NCBI GenBank assembly: GCA_965279515.1
Contig: CBDIID010000003.1
Span: forward strand, 3,904,001-3,968,000
Source of the DNA: Turneriella sp.
GTDB lineage: Bacteria; Spirochaetota; Leptospiria; Turneriellales; Turneriellaceae
Direction: 5' to 3'
DNA: 64,000 bases
The notes under the pieces were generated by a model. The model saw only the letters and a program-made list of their open reading frames with translations, was not told the origin of the DNA and did no database searches. The translations under genes and the position numbers were made by a program. Shown here one piece after another: positions 29,471 through 39,415 of the stretch. The first letter of the stretch is position 1. Every line of letters starts with the position of its first letter.

Positions 29471-29695
29471 TGACCGATTGTGCACCATCGACTTGCCGAG
29501 AAGAAGAATTTGACTTTGGATATGGAATATCGCGTGTTTGGCAACAATTAACTGAACAGCCGGCCCGAAACTGGAAATGTTTACGAATTGCAAAACAGCC
29601 AAAAATCGCCGGCGCTAAACCGTCATCGCCATTAAAAAAGTGCATGCAAATTGCCAGGCAATTTCCACTCACTTTAAAAGCCTGGTTAAGAAATT

Positions 29696-30814
29696 TCAGG
29701 GGTGGAGGATTTTACTGAGGGCTTTCACAACCTTCTGAATCTGCCCGGAACTAAGATGGCTACTTGAAGGTAAATATAGTCCACGCTCGGCAAGGTATTC
29801 GCTAACGGGTAAGGTTTGACGTGTTGCATATATAGGCTGCTTATGCATCGGGAAAAAAAAGGGCCTCGAATCGACACCCTCTGCGCGCAGTTGTTGCATA
29901 ATATTTTCGCGTGAATTTTTCACATGATCATTCAGAGTTACTCCAAACATCCAGTAGCAGTTTTTGGCCCAATCTCGTTCGACTGGTAACCCGAGCAGTT
30001 CACCCAAATTATGTTTTCGGATTTCTTGCAGATACTCCGCTGCATTCCTTCGTCGTGCGGTAACTAATTCGTCAAATCTCGCCGTTTGGGCATATCCAAT
30101 AGCTGCCTGCAAATTCGTCATCCGGTAATTATACCCTATTGCCTGGTGCACATAATTCCGTTGACCATCTAAGGGGAATGCAAGATTCTTGTAGTATTTA
30201 GCGGAATCTGAAATATCAGGATTATTTGTGCATACCATCCCGCCCTCGCCGGTCGTCAAAATCTTATTTGCGAAGAAGGAATATGCTGTTGCATCGGGCT
30301 GCTCCGCCAGACGCTTCTCATAAGCCAGGGCTCCATGACCCTCTGCCGCATCTTCAATCCACATGATTTTGTATTTGTCCCTCAGTTCAGCGATCACCTT
30401 ATAATCTGAAGGATGCCCGTAAATTGTTACGCTCAGGATTCCAAATGTCTTGTCATTAATCAGACTCTCAATCTGTGACGTGTCCATCGTCCAGGAATCT
30501 GATACCGAATCCACAAAGATGGGTTTTGCGTTACAGTATGATACAGCGTTTGCCGTTGCCACCATGGTGAATGATGGCATTATCACTTCTTGGCCTGGTT
30601 TCAAACCTGCAGCAAGCAAAGCGATATGCACTGCAGCAGTACCATTACAAACCGAAATCCCGTACTTTGCACCAACCTTCTCTGCAAATCCAGTTTCAAA
30701 CTGACCAATATATTTGCCGACGGATCCGATCCAGCCGCTCTCCATCGCATCTCTGACGTACTCCTGCTCTAAGGGCCCCAGGGTGGGTTCACAGACGGGG
30801 ATCAATTCTGCCAT
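29696..30814 (-). CDS. DegT/DnrJ/EryC1/StrS aminotransferase (perosamine-synthase-like)
   Basis: CNGTAAVH, IEDAAEGHG, SFFANKILTTGEGG, GYNYRMTNLQAA. Confidence 0.9.
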   Translation of the reverse strand: MAELIPVCEPTLGPLEQEYVRDAMESGWIGSVGKYIGQFETGFAEKVGAKYGISVCNGTAAVHIALLAAGLKPGQEVIMPSFTMVATANAVSYCNAKPIFVDSVSDSWTMDTSQIESLINDKTFGILSVTIYGHPSDYKVIAELRDKYKIMWIEDAAEGHGALAYEKRLAEQPDATAYSFFANKILTTGEGGMVCTNNPDISDSAKYYKNLAFPLDGQRNYVHQAIGYNYRMTNLQAAIGYAQTARFDELVTARRRNAAEYLQEIRKHNLGELLGLPVERDWAKNCYWMFGVTLNDHVKNSRENIMQQLRAEGVDSRPFFFPMHKQPIYATRQTLPVSEYLAERGLYLPSSSHLSSGQIQKVVKALSKILHP

Positions 30815-31215
30815 GGGAAAATGCGTTTATCGGATTCACGGGACAGGTATGGTCCCAACTTGACTTCGAGAATTTTTGTCTCTTTATTCATGACAAGGCT
30901 GTGTCCTCCCTGTATTAACAATACGGTATCTCCGTCCTCAAGAGTTACGGATTTTACAATTTTGTCCCGCCAGTACATATTTACGATACAACTGCCGTGC
31001 ATGATGTGTAGCAACTCGGGACTTAAATCGGCAGGTAAGTCAGGTTGGTTTTTCAGAATGTGCTCATGGGGTTCGCACTTTCCCCCTGCGGGATAATTAT
31101 TAAACCCAATTTGGAATAACCATTCGTTTGGAGAAATAAAATTATATCCTGTAGGAAAATCGGCACTTTTGATGATTACGGCAAGTTGCGTTTCACCAGA
31201 AAATATTTTTTCCAT
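30802..31215 (-). CDS. Small cupin-fold protein of sugar-biosynthesis clusters
   Basis: PHEH..E..GGHSL..EVKLGPY; AAGGAG RBS before ATG 31215. Confidence 0.65.
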   Translation of the reverse strand: MEKIFSGETQLAVIIKSADFPTGYNFISPNEWLFQIGFNNYPAGGKCEPHEHILKNQPDLPADLSPELLHIMHGSCIVNMYWRDKIVKSVTLEDGDTVLLIQGGHSLVMNKETKILEVKLGPYLSRESDKRIFPWQN

Positions 31216-31287
31216 CAAACTCCTTTTGCTCTTTGAGACTCGAAGTCCCAAATCTATTCACGATGGAAAGCAGCAACGCGCTGAATA

Positions 31288-33162
31288 CTACAATTCAAGA
31301 GGGGCATGCGGATCGATCCTCGGCCGAATGCAATAAAGCCATGATAGCAAAGCGCAGCAGGAAATCAAAGAAATAGCCGCGAGAGCAAAAACCGAGTTCG
31401 AAACAGGGTTTTTCACCTTAAACACGGCGACAGTTTGGTGGTCCTGCCTGCTATTGGCAGACTTCTTTTTAAGGTGCCATGAGAGCTTCATTTGATAGAG
31501 CCCAATGCTCGTGAGTTTAACCCCTTCCGGAGGGCCATTTTCAAAGCCGAGGGCAGGATACTTCAGCTCTAAGATTGCAGTGCCATCAGGATCTTTTGCG
31601 TGCAACCTGATCTCGTTGTGCGTGATCTCCACCTGATCGCACGATCCGCTGCAGACCCGTCCGTAACTTCCTGGCGGGCCAAATTTCTTATAAATATACT
31701 GCGTATACTGAGGACAATGACTGTCAACAAGGACTTCATTAGGGCACGGGCTACCAATTATGTGAACTTGCCCGGCCATAACAACCCCTTGCAGGATATT
31801 ATCCCGGTTCCACGCAAGCCATGTGTTTCCCGCATCAGAGTCCAAATTAGCTACTGCTAGCGTGCCCATGGCATTGTGGGTCGTCGAGAATTCAACTATT
31901 TTAGGTTGATATTTGGCTCCATGAAAATCATAACCCTGCTTCCGCATTCTTATCGTCAGGAAAGCGAGAGTAAGGATGTTGGCAAAGATCACTATGCTAA
32001 TCAGCAGTTTTCTTCTCTTTTGTAACGAATCATCAATGCGCCAGCTCCAAAGGCTGACAAAAATCAAGATTAGACCGAAGCTCGCCACCCACATGAATCG
32101 TGCAGGCACCCGGACCGCGCCATGCATTAATTTTCTGAAAAGATTCCACAGAATTTCATTACCTATGTAGACAAAAACACTGCTCACTAGAAAGATACCA
32201 AAAAATAGCATGAATTTTTCAATTTTCATTTCTTTCCAGGGCCTGGCTGATCGCCGGTAAAGAAACCAATACAGTGGTAGCGAAAATAATGTGCCCAATA
32301 AGGGGGCGACATGGGCTTCATGAGGCCCGTAACTGCCCCATTTAGCACTTAACGCGGTTTGTAAGAATGGCCAAAAAAGCGCCTCAACTGCTGTCAGCAA
32401 TGGGATTGAACCATCACCACTCAACGCTCTTTCCGGCCTTAATTTCAGGAATGCCATAAGTTTCGGCAAGCTAATTATTAAAGCGATGAGGGCAGAGCAA
32501 AGGAAACTAGTCACTGTGAGCGCAATTTTATCAGTCTTCCAGATTTTTTTCCAGATAGAATAAAAGAATCCGTACATAACTGTGACCGGGAATATCAGGT
32601 AGATCATTGCATGAAAGGCCGGAGCGAGAACGAACAAGCCGGCTGAAACACCGAGAAAAATGGTACCCTTTAGCCGGCTGGTTCCAGTCTTTGCGTCAAT
32701 TACCATTTCAATCAGTTTTAGGAAAAGAGGCAATAATAATCCATACATGAAAAAATCATTTCCCCAGCTCACCCTCCAGAATACCCAAGTATTCATAGTC
32801 CACGCAGATCCTCCGAGAAGGGCAGCGGTTTCACCTACCCATCTTCTTATCCAGAAATAGAAAAAGATAAACCCGGAAAAACTAAGGAGCAAAATTACGA
32901 GTCGTAGCGATAAAGTTGACCCGAAAAATAAATTTATCGGCGTAAAAATGGAAAACAACGGATTCTGCAAATCCTGTATGAGATAAGACCCCTGGTTCCA
33001 AAGAAAACTAAAATAGGGAAATTGATAGTGAACAGATAAGGCATTTTGAATAATCGCCCCTTGCGATTCCGATATGTACCAATCTCCGCCGGTCCAAAAC
33101 AAAGAAAAAATAAATACCGCGAGACTGCAAAATGCCGCGTAAATGAATGTACTGCGATTCAT
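31288..33162 (-). CDS. Polytopic membrane protein (YfhO/GT-C-like)
   Basis: GDW early motif, LWNQGSYLIQDLQNPLFS loop, many TMs, VRVPARF motif, periplasmic domain and terminal TM. Confidence 0.6.
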   Translation of the reverse strand: MNRSTFIYAAFCSLAVFIFSLFWTGGDWYISESQGAIIQNALSVHYQFPYFSFLWNQGSYLIQDLQNPLFSIFTPINLFFGSTLSLRLVILLLSFSGFIFFYFWIRRWVGETAALLGGSAWTMNTWVFWRVSWGNDFFMYGLLLPLFLKLIEMVIDAKTGTSRLKGTIFLGVSAGLFVLAPAFHAMIYLIFPVTVMYGFFYSIWKKIWKTDKIALTVTSFLCSALIALIISLPKLMAFLKLRPERALSGDGSIPLLTAVEALFWPFLQTALSAKWGSYGPHEAHVAPLLGTLFSLPLYWFLYRRSARPWKEMKIEKFMLFFGIFLVSSVFVYIGNEILWNLFRKLMHGAVRVPARFMWVASFGLILIFVSLWSWRIDDSLQKRRKLLISIVIFANILTLAFLTIRMRKQGYDFHGAKYQPKIVEFSTTHNAMGTLAVANLDSDAGNTWLAWNRDNILQGVVMAGQVHIIGSPCPNEVLVDSHCPQYTQYIYKKFGPPGSYGRVCSGSCDQVEITHNEIRLHAKDPDGTAILELKYPALGFENGPPEGVKLTSIGLYQMKLSWHLKKKSANSRQDHQTVAVFKVKNPVSNSVFALAAISLISCCALLSWLYCIRPRIDPHAPLEL

Positions 33163-33194
33163 ACAGAATGAATCAAACACCAATTCGTGCAATA

Positions 33195-34136
33195 CTATTC
33201 AGTGCGAAAATAGAAATATTCTCCAAAATAACTACGCATGAAATAGTATAAGTCATTGAGTATCCTGGCATTTCCGTGCAGCTCCCGATTTGAAAAATTA
33301 ATATAATTGCTAACTTTCAGGTTTTCGGGGATTGATGCCGTGCAAAAAATAAATATTTGCGACGCAGTAACTACCGAAGGTTTATTGACATCATAAAGGA
33401 TTATGCTCCATTTTTTACCTTTCCAGCAGCCATGGCCGTCATCCAGAAATCCATTGTATCGGCAGAAAGTTTCCAGCATTTGTCTGACTCGATCAAGACG
33501 TGATTGTGAATTGACTTTCTGCATTATTTTTGTTGCAGAAGTAATTCTTTTTGCAGGCGCGCCGGCGAAAAATTCTTTTGCAGGAACATCTTTTACTATC
33601 GTCGAACATGAACCAACGATGCTATGAGCACCAACTTTTACTCCTGGTCCAACAAATACTCTGGCCTGCAACCAGGCATGATCCATGATCTCTATGGATC
33701 CGAACTTTCTGGGATATCCCTCGGTATACGGTAAAAAAACTCCGTGAGTAAATGCCAGAGAATGGGGTCCCAGACCGGAGAAATCGCCCATCGAAAAGTT
33801 TTCATAATTGTTTATTACCGATCGGAATCCGATGTAGCAAAACTTACCAATAGAAACCGACCCTTCTCCGTAAAACCAGCAACCAAGACTGATAATCGCC
33901 TGTTCACCAATCTGAATTTTGTTGCCAAAAATCCAAGTGAGATGTCCCACCTCCACTCTGTCACCAATGTGGCATGAATTGCCAAAAATCCCTGAGAACC
34001 ATCCCCATTGGACGCGCCTGCCGACAGAATATCCGATCAGCCGGTAACAGAGCGACTTGAGCGCTGGTGGCAACAGGCAAATGATGAACAGAAAGAATAG
34101 CTTGAATTTCGGCGTGGAAGCAGGGCCTAAATTCAA
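33195..34136 (-). CDS. Hexapeptide-repeat acyltransferase
   Basis: Left-handed beta-helix repeats, AWLQARVFVGPGVKVG, VKDVP..GAPAK; TTG at 34136 overlaps the upstream stop. Confidence 0.8.
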   Translation of the reverse strand: MNLGPASTPKFKLFFLFIICLLPPALKSLCYRLIGYSVGRRVQWGWFSGIFGNSCHIGDRVEVGHLTWIFGNKIQIGEQAIISLGCWFYGEGSVSIGKFCYIGFRSVINNYENFSMGDFSGLGPHSLAFTHGVFLPYTEGYPRKFGSIEIMDHAWLQARVFVGPGVKVGAHSIVGSCSTIVKDVPAKEFFAGAPAKRITSATKIMQKVNSQSRLDRVRQMLETFCRYNGFLDDGHGCWKGKKWSIILYDVNKPSVVTASQIFIFCTASIPENLKVSNYINFSNRELHGNARILNDLYYFMRSYFGEYFYFRTE

Positions 34137-34888
34137 TTGCCGTACCCGATTACTGGAAGCGGCAACCGCAATGCCATCCAAATATATTTTACCCCTCTGC
34201 GAAAGAGCTTTGTAAAAGTGTTGCCTGTTTTCGATTCGCCCCATTCTCTGGGTGGGCTTTTAAATGGAATCTCTTTAATCTGAATTTTCTCGCGGCGTTC
34301 TAAAAAATACATAAGTGCAATGAAATATTCTCCGTAATCACCTATCCAAGAATGTCGGCGCAAGGCATCCGAACGACAGACTATAAAGCCGCTGGTATAA
34401 TCTCTTATGCTGAGACGAAGCCAAAACCGAATTAGGAAATTCAGCAGCGTTGAAAGCATAACGGCAGCCTTAGAATCAACAGCATTGGCCTCTAGATTCT
34501 TCTGACTGCCGCCAGCAATAAACCTGGAACCCATAGCGCAGCCGGTAATTCTGGCTTCTTTCAGCAAGAGGGGTAAATATTCGGGCGGATGAGAAAAATC
34601 AGCATCCATCCAAGCTACAAATTTTGTCTGTGCCGCAAAGACACCATCTTTTATTGAACCCGTTAGGCCAGGATTTGCCATTCGTGCATTGAGTTTTATA
34701 GCAGGATTTTGCTTCATCATTCTGCTGACAATTTTCTGAGTATCATCGCTTGAGTTATCGTCAGACACGATCACTTGTGCGTCGGGGACGTGATAAAAAA
34801 TATCATTCAGCAATTTTTCTATGTTCCCGGCTTCATTAAGTGTTGGTAGAACAACCGTCAGGTCGGCAGATACGGTCTTATTTTTCAT
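34133..34888 (-). CDS. GT2 polyprenol-phosphate glycosyltransferase (DPM1-like)
   Basis: VVLPTLNEAGNI, DDNSSDDT, MDADFSHPP, GSRF, DYTSGF, GESK. Confidence 0.88.
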   Translation of the reverse strand: MKNKTVSADLTVVLPTLNEAGNIEKLLNDIFYHVPDAQVIVSDDNSSDDTQKIVSRMMKQNPAIKLNARMANPGLTGSIKDGVFAAQTKFVAWMDADFSHPPEYLPLLLKEARITGCAMGSRFIAGGSQKNLEANAVDSKAAVMLSTLLNFLIRFWLRLSIRDYTSGFIVCRSDALRRHSWIGDYGEYFIALMYFLERREKIQIKEIPFKSPPREWGESKTGNTFTKLFRRGVKYIWMALRLPLPVIGYGN

Positions 34889-35048
34889 CTTCGATGGTTT
34901 TTGCACCCACGTTGGGCGCGCCATCGTATTTACCTGTTCACGTACTGTAAACGTAAAAAGAGTTCAGTTGTAGAGAACGAGTGATCGTAGATTTACATAC
35001 CCGCACACAGTTTGGCTCTTATGGGGGTATGAATAAGAAAGATTTTTA

Positions 35049-38000
35049 TCAGCGATCAGTATGGGTCAGACCGAATCGCACTAATAAACTCGTAGCAGAA
35101 GCCGAATGTTTCTGGAGACCAATCCTGCCTGCTTTCTGATATATTGCCATAAATTCAGACAATTTAGATCTGAATGCCGGAAGGTGTTTATGCCGTGCAA
35201 TGAAGCGTTCCATTGAAAAGTACTGCTGATTATTTTCCGTATCCTCAAAATAGATTTTCTCCAGGAAATGCAGTGCACCTGGTAGGTTATGCGTTCGCCA
35301 ATGATCGATCTCGGCAGGATTTGCACCTTTCAGCTCTGCGAGGTCGTACAGCTCTGGCAGTCGTTCCAGCACCCACAGAGGAGCATATTTCCCCCAGGAA
35401 ACATTCATATTGACTACAAGGCTGGGAGTTCCAACCCAATACCCTGCTTCATTCATCATGTGTTGGCAAACGTAATACGAAGTAGGTATACAGGTTAACA
35501 TAGTCGAAAAAGGGCGGCCTTGAGTGTTTTGTGAGTATGCTCGCAGAGCATGATCGCGGCGGAATATCAGACAGTAAATTGCCGTAAAAAAATTCTCGCA
35601 CACAGCTGCGATCTTGGAAATCGGGGCATATAAATCTTGTGTCGGTGGCCGGATGGGTACGCCATCCCTCAAGTGTTTATCGATGTTTTTTGCCTTATCG
35701 GCGTCTGCGATTGTTGTATATGCATAGTTTAGGTAGACGAGGCTAACCTCTGGATGCTCGATAATTGCTTTCAAAGCTTTTTCTACAGCGCCGTACTGAA
35801 GCAAGTCGTCGTCACCGAGTATCCAAACATATTGCCCTTGGGTGCTCTGTGCTGTGACTTTGAGGTTTCCCAGCATGCCTACGTTTTCAGGATTACGAAT
35901 ATAGCGGAAGCCGGATTCCGATAAATAGGGTTCAACAACTTGCGGCGTTTCGTCTGTGGACGTATTGTCACAAACGATCACCTCCACGATATCGCGATAC
36001 CGGGCGGTTTGCTTTAAAAGCAGCGGTAAGCTTAGGGCCAGCCATGAAGCCCGGTTGTATGTGGAAATACAAATCGAGAGAATAGGTGCGTGAAAAACTG
36101 AACGAGATGGCATGACATGAGCCGGTGGAAAGATATTAGCACGCCATTCTGAGCTAGCTACCAGTTCAGCCAAAACCTCATCTCCGTATTCCTTCCATGT
36201 CTTAAATGTGCGACTGGTTGCCTCATCTCTCAGCTGTGCGAGCACGGCAGGATTTGCAACCAGATCTACAATTGCCTGGGCTAGCACTTCCGGATTTGCG
36301 GTCTCAACCAGGACGCATCCACCTTCTTCGGCAATTTCTTTCATCGAGCTGGCATTGCGGCAAATGCAGGGACGCGCATACCATAAGCTTTCTAAAATGG
36401 GCAGTCCAAAACCCTCTTCAAGCGAAGGATAAACAGTAAAATCGCAGCTAAGGTATAAATCGTGCAAGACCCGATCATCCGGATGGGGCATCCAGATGAT
36501 ATCGCTATCCTTCTCGCAATATTCCCTGACGATTTTTTCAATATCTGGAAAAGGAGCTTGTCCGGCTAGAATCAGCTTTAGCGGGACCTTCGTGGTCAAT
36601 TTTGCCTGCTGGAAGGCTTGAAGCAATGTGATTTGATTCTTTCTGGGCTCCAGCGTTCCTACCGATAATATGGAGATAGTATCTCCCTTCCTCGTGCTCG
36701 CTCTGGGATCAAGTTGCCGTTCTATTTCCGGAAATTCTGCAGGTAGTAATATGGCTCTTAGGCGGTGGTCAACATTTACTAAGCGTTCAAGGTTCGAACG
36801 CAAATAATTCCATAGATCCGATTTGCTCTGATTTGATATGCAAAGTACCCGATCAAAAAGGGGGAGAGTCCTCATATAATCGGCGTGGGCAAGTTGTGCC
36901 TCTATGGGGTATAGTTCAGACATTTTATAAGGAATTGCGTCAAAGAATATGATAGCGGTTCGCATACCCCTTCTTTTGGCCTGCTGAATGATTTTATTGA
37001 CGGCAGGCGCGTTTGCATAAGTAATTAGTTCAGAAACGATGAGCCAGGCACCAGATTCATCTGATCCGGGGCTAGTCAGGTTCCACAAGTTTTCCTGCGG
37101 CCCGGTCCATTTTTCCAAATGTTCCAGGCCTGTCTGATCTGCGACGGCGAAATCGCCAGCTTTTGAATTCCAGGCAACTGGCGTTACGGGAATATCGGTT
37201 TTTTGCAAAACTGAAGCAAGCCCGCGGACAACCCTTTGGATTCCGGAGTTCGCTGGGTAATGTTGCGTGTGATCTACCCAGTAGAAGATTTTTTTAATTC
37301 GCGTTTGTGGAGCTGATTGGTTTTTAAGCTGTCCTGTGAGAGTTTGCGTGTATTCGGTCCAGCGGCTGTATTTTCGCTCCCGCAATTCATTCCGAAGCTG
37401 TGTGAGGAGATTTGGTTTAAGGATGAGCTTGGATATTCCTGAGAAAAAAGCCGTTTCAGACAGCATATCCACAGTTAGGCACCCGCCGCCCTCTGCCAGC
37501 GTTGCGGCGGATCCAAAATTTGCGCATAAGCAGGGTTTTCCCATCCACAAGCTTTGTATTATGGGAAATACAGAACTCCCTTCTATCGATGGGGAAATCG
37601 TAAAATCGCACTTCTCATAGCATTCATCTAACTTTTCCCGATCGATATCGAGCAAGTGGTGGACTTTTGGATTTTCAAGTAAGGCGGCCTCAATCTCTCC
37701 TTTGATAGATGGATGAATATCGCCGGTCAAAAATAATTTGATTTCTGATTCCGGGAAATCCAGACAGAATTTTTTAAACAGCCGCAGTAGTTGGAGATGA
37801 TTATTTTGAGGTTCAATGGGACCGACGCTCAGAATATTCCCAGTGGGCTTATGCTCAGCATCTGGTATTCGCCTTTCCTGATCTAATATTTCCGATGGAA
37901 GCTGTAGGGGGGCGATTGGGGGCAGGTTTTCCGTTCGAAAGTAACATCGGTTCAGGTAAAAGGAGACTAGATCTTCCGCAGCCTGAACAGAAATAGGCAG

Positions 38001-38489
38001 AATGAGATCAGCAAACACCAGTTGTTGCACATACTCGGCATGCTGTTGCTGTAAATCTGCATAATATGGGTATTTAAGCCAAATAGCATCATGGAAAAGG
38101 AACGCCGTTCTTAGCCTGTGTTGGACACAATAGTCCAAAAGATCATTTGTCCGGAAGGACACGAGTTGGCTATGGAGTATTTCCGGTATCAGAAGCCATT
38201 GAAAGGCGGCGGATTCCGCAGAATTCTCCTCCACAAGAATAGCGGTTTCTTTGTCCGCCGGATAGCTACGAATCTGTTCTGCCGATAAGATAGGGCCAAT
38301 TCGCGAAAAAATATTTTTTAAATACTGCTGCTCAAGGAGAATGATTGCTTTTCGGTCTGCGCACCAGGTTACAAAGCTTACTTCGTGCCCTGCGGCGATT
38401 AGGGATTGTGCAAGCGCCCGAACAATGCGCTGGGGTTCCGAATAATCTGGAAATCTAATCGTCTGATCAACAAAATAGAATAATTTCAT
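35049..38489 (-). CDS. Three-domain glycosyltransferase (GT4-GT4-GT2), candidate polysaccharide polymerase
   Basis: Two GT-B repeats (SGIQRVVR, VGTLEPRKN, PSLEEGFGLPILES) then GT2 (ICISTYNR, CDNTSTD, LGDDD). Confidence 0.88.
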   Translation of the reverse strand: MKLFYFVDQTIRFPDYSEPQRIVRALAQSLIAAGHEVSFVTWCADRKAIILLEQQYLKNIFSRIGPILSAEQIRSYPADKETAILVEENSAESAAFQWLLIPEILHSQLVSFRTNDLLDYCVQHRLRTAFLFHDAIWLKYPYYADLQQQHAEYVQQLVFADLILPISVQAAEDLVSFYLNRCYFRTENLPPIAPLQLPSEILDQERRIPDAEHKPTGNILSVGPIEPQNNHLQLLRLFKKFCLDFPESEIKLFLTGDIHPSIKGEIEAALLENPKVHHLLDIDREKLDECYEKCDFTISPSIEGSSVFPIIQSLWMGKPCLCANFGSAATLAEGGGCLTVDMLSETAFFSGISKLILKPNLLTQLRNELRERKYSRWTEYTQTLTGQLKNQSAPQTRIKKIFYWVDHTQHYPANSGIQRVVRGLASVLQKTDIPVTPVAWNSKAGDFAVADQTGLEHLEKWTGPQENLWNLTSPGSDESGAWLIVSELITYANAPAVNKIIQQAKRRGMRTAIIFFDAIPYKMSELYPIEAQLAHADYMRTLPLFDRVLCISNQSKSDLWNYLRSNLERLVNVDHRLRAILLPAEFPEIERQLDPRASTRKGDTISILSVGTLEPRKNQITLLQAFQQAKLTTKVPLKLILAGQAPFPDIEKIVREYCEKDSDIIWMPHPDDRVLHDLYLSCDFTVYPSLEEGFGLPILESLWYARPCICRNASSMKEIAEEGGCVLVETANPEVLAQAIVDLVANPAVLAQLRDEATSRTFKTWKEYGDEVLAELVASSEWRANIFPPAHVMPSRSVFHAPILSICISTYNRASWLALSLPLLLKQTARYRDIVEVIVCDNTSTDETPQVVEPYLSESGFRYIRNPENVGMLGNLKVTAQSTQGQYVWILGDDDLLQYGAVEKALKAIIEHPEVSLVYLNYAYTTIADADKAKNIDKHLRDGVPIRPPTQDLYAPISKIAAVCENFFTAIYCLIFRRDHALRAYSQNTQGRPFSTMLTCIPTSYYVCQHMMNEAGYWVGTPSLVVNMNVSWGKYAPLWVLERLPELYDLAELKGANPAEIDHWRTHNLPGALHFLEKIYFEDTENNQQYFSMERFIARHKHLPAFRSKLSEFMAIYQKAGRIGLQKHSASATSLLVRFGLTHTDR

Positions 38490-38520
38490 CGTGGCGTATC
38501 CGAACAGGGGCAGCAATTCA

Positions 38521-39027
38521 TCAAAATCCGGATTTTCTTATTCGATTTAGAATGTCCTCGGGGGCAATAGCGGGGTGACCATTTGGAACACTTGTATACA
38601 TTAGATATGAAATACCAGATAGTTTTCTGTCTCTTTCCTTTTGCTGCAATTCTTTCGTCAAGATCTCCGAGTTTCTAAAAAAAAAAATATCAAACTTATC
38701 TGTGCTTGGTTGGATTATGTGAAGTCGTGTTGAAATGTTCTTAATCTTGCTTAATAGCCGGCTCACTCTTGATTTGATGCCATGAATATGCAGTTTCCTG
38801 AAGAGATGGTCCTTAATCCGGCGAATGGCGAAAGCCAAACGCAAGATAGGGGTATTCAGAATTTTTTGTAATTTTGATTCTGCGCGGATCGCGCGCAGTT
38901 CGGCACGCTCAGCTTCCGCTTCAGCATCCCTCGCTTTCGCTTCGGCTCTGACAATTCGCGACTCCGCTCGCAGGAGTTGTACCTCTGCTGTAGGGGGCGT
39001 TAGCTGCTCGGCTTTAGGCTTATTCAA
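38521..39027 (-). CDS. Hypothetical coiled-coil protein
   Basis: RAE-rich heptads followed by an amphipathic basic helix; TTG start. Confidence 0.55.
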   Translation of the reverse strand: MNKPKAEQLTPPTAEVQLLRAESRIVRAEAKARDAEAEAERAELRAIRAESKLQKILNTPILRLAFAIRRIKDHLFRKLHIHGIKSRVSRLLSKIKNISTRLHIIQPSTDKFDIFFFRNSEILTKELQQKERDRKLSGISYLMYTSVPNGHPAIAPEDILNRIRKSGF

Positions 39028-39102
39028 AGTAATATCTCAGCTCAACAGGCGAATATTAAAATCCCAATAAAGACTAAATTTATTGGGCGGCTGTCAACCA
39101 AA

Positions 39103-39128
39103 ATTACCAATATAGATTACCAATATAG
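39103..39128. repeat. 13-bp tandem duplication ATTACCAATATAG x2
   Basis: Read directly at 39103-39115 and 39116-39128, in a divergent intergenic region. Confidence 0.9.
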
Positions 39129-39415
39129 ATGAACCCGGATCCTCCCCAGCCTCCAGAAAATCGTGGAATGATAAACACCCGTATAAGAGCTTGAATCGAA
39201 GTCAGTATTTTTCTCAAAATAATCCGGTCAGGGATTTTTGACCATCCCCCTAATGCGGTTTGCCGCGTATTGTTTTGCGGCAGCATCTTCCACAGTGAAT
39301 CCGGGTTTTGCACTTGGGTAGGCGTGCCCGTTTTTCAGGCGACTTGTCGCTTTTTCGGCTTAGATTCAGCTTTAGTTTGACAATATGAATTTGAAACTAT
39401 TTTCATGGCGGCTAC

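Noticed and set aside
38489..38690. Fusion of the coiled-coil ORF to the three-domain GT by slippage at T11
   Set aside because: The GT frame has a TAA at 38540-38538 between the tract and the GT start.
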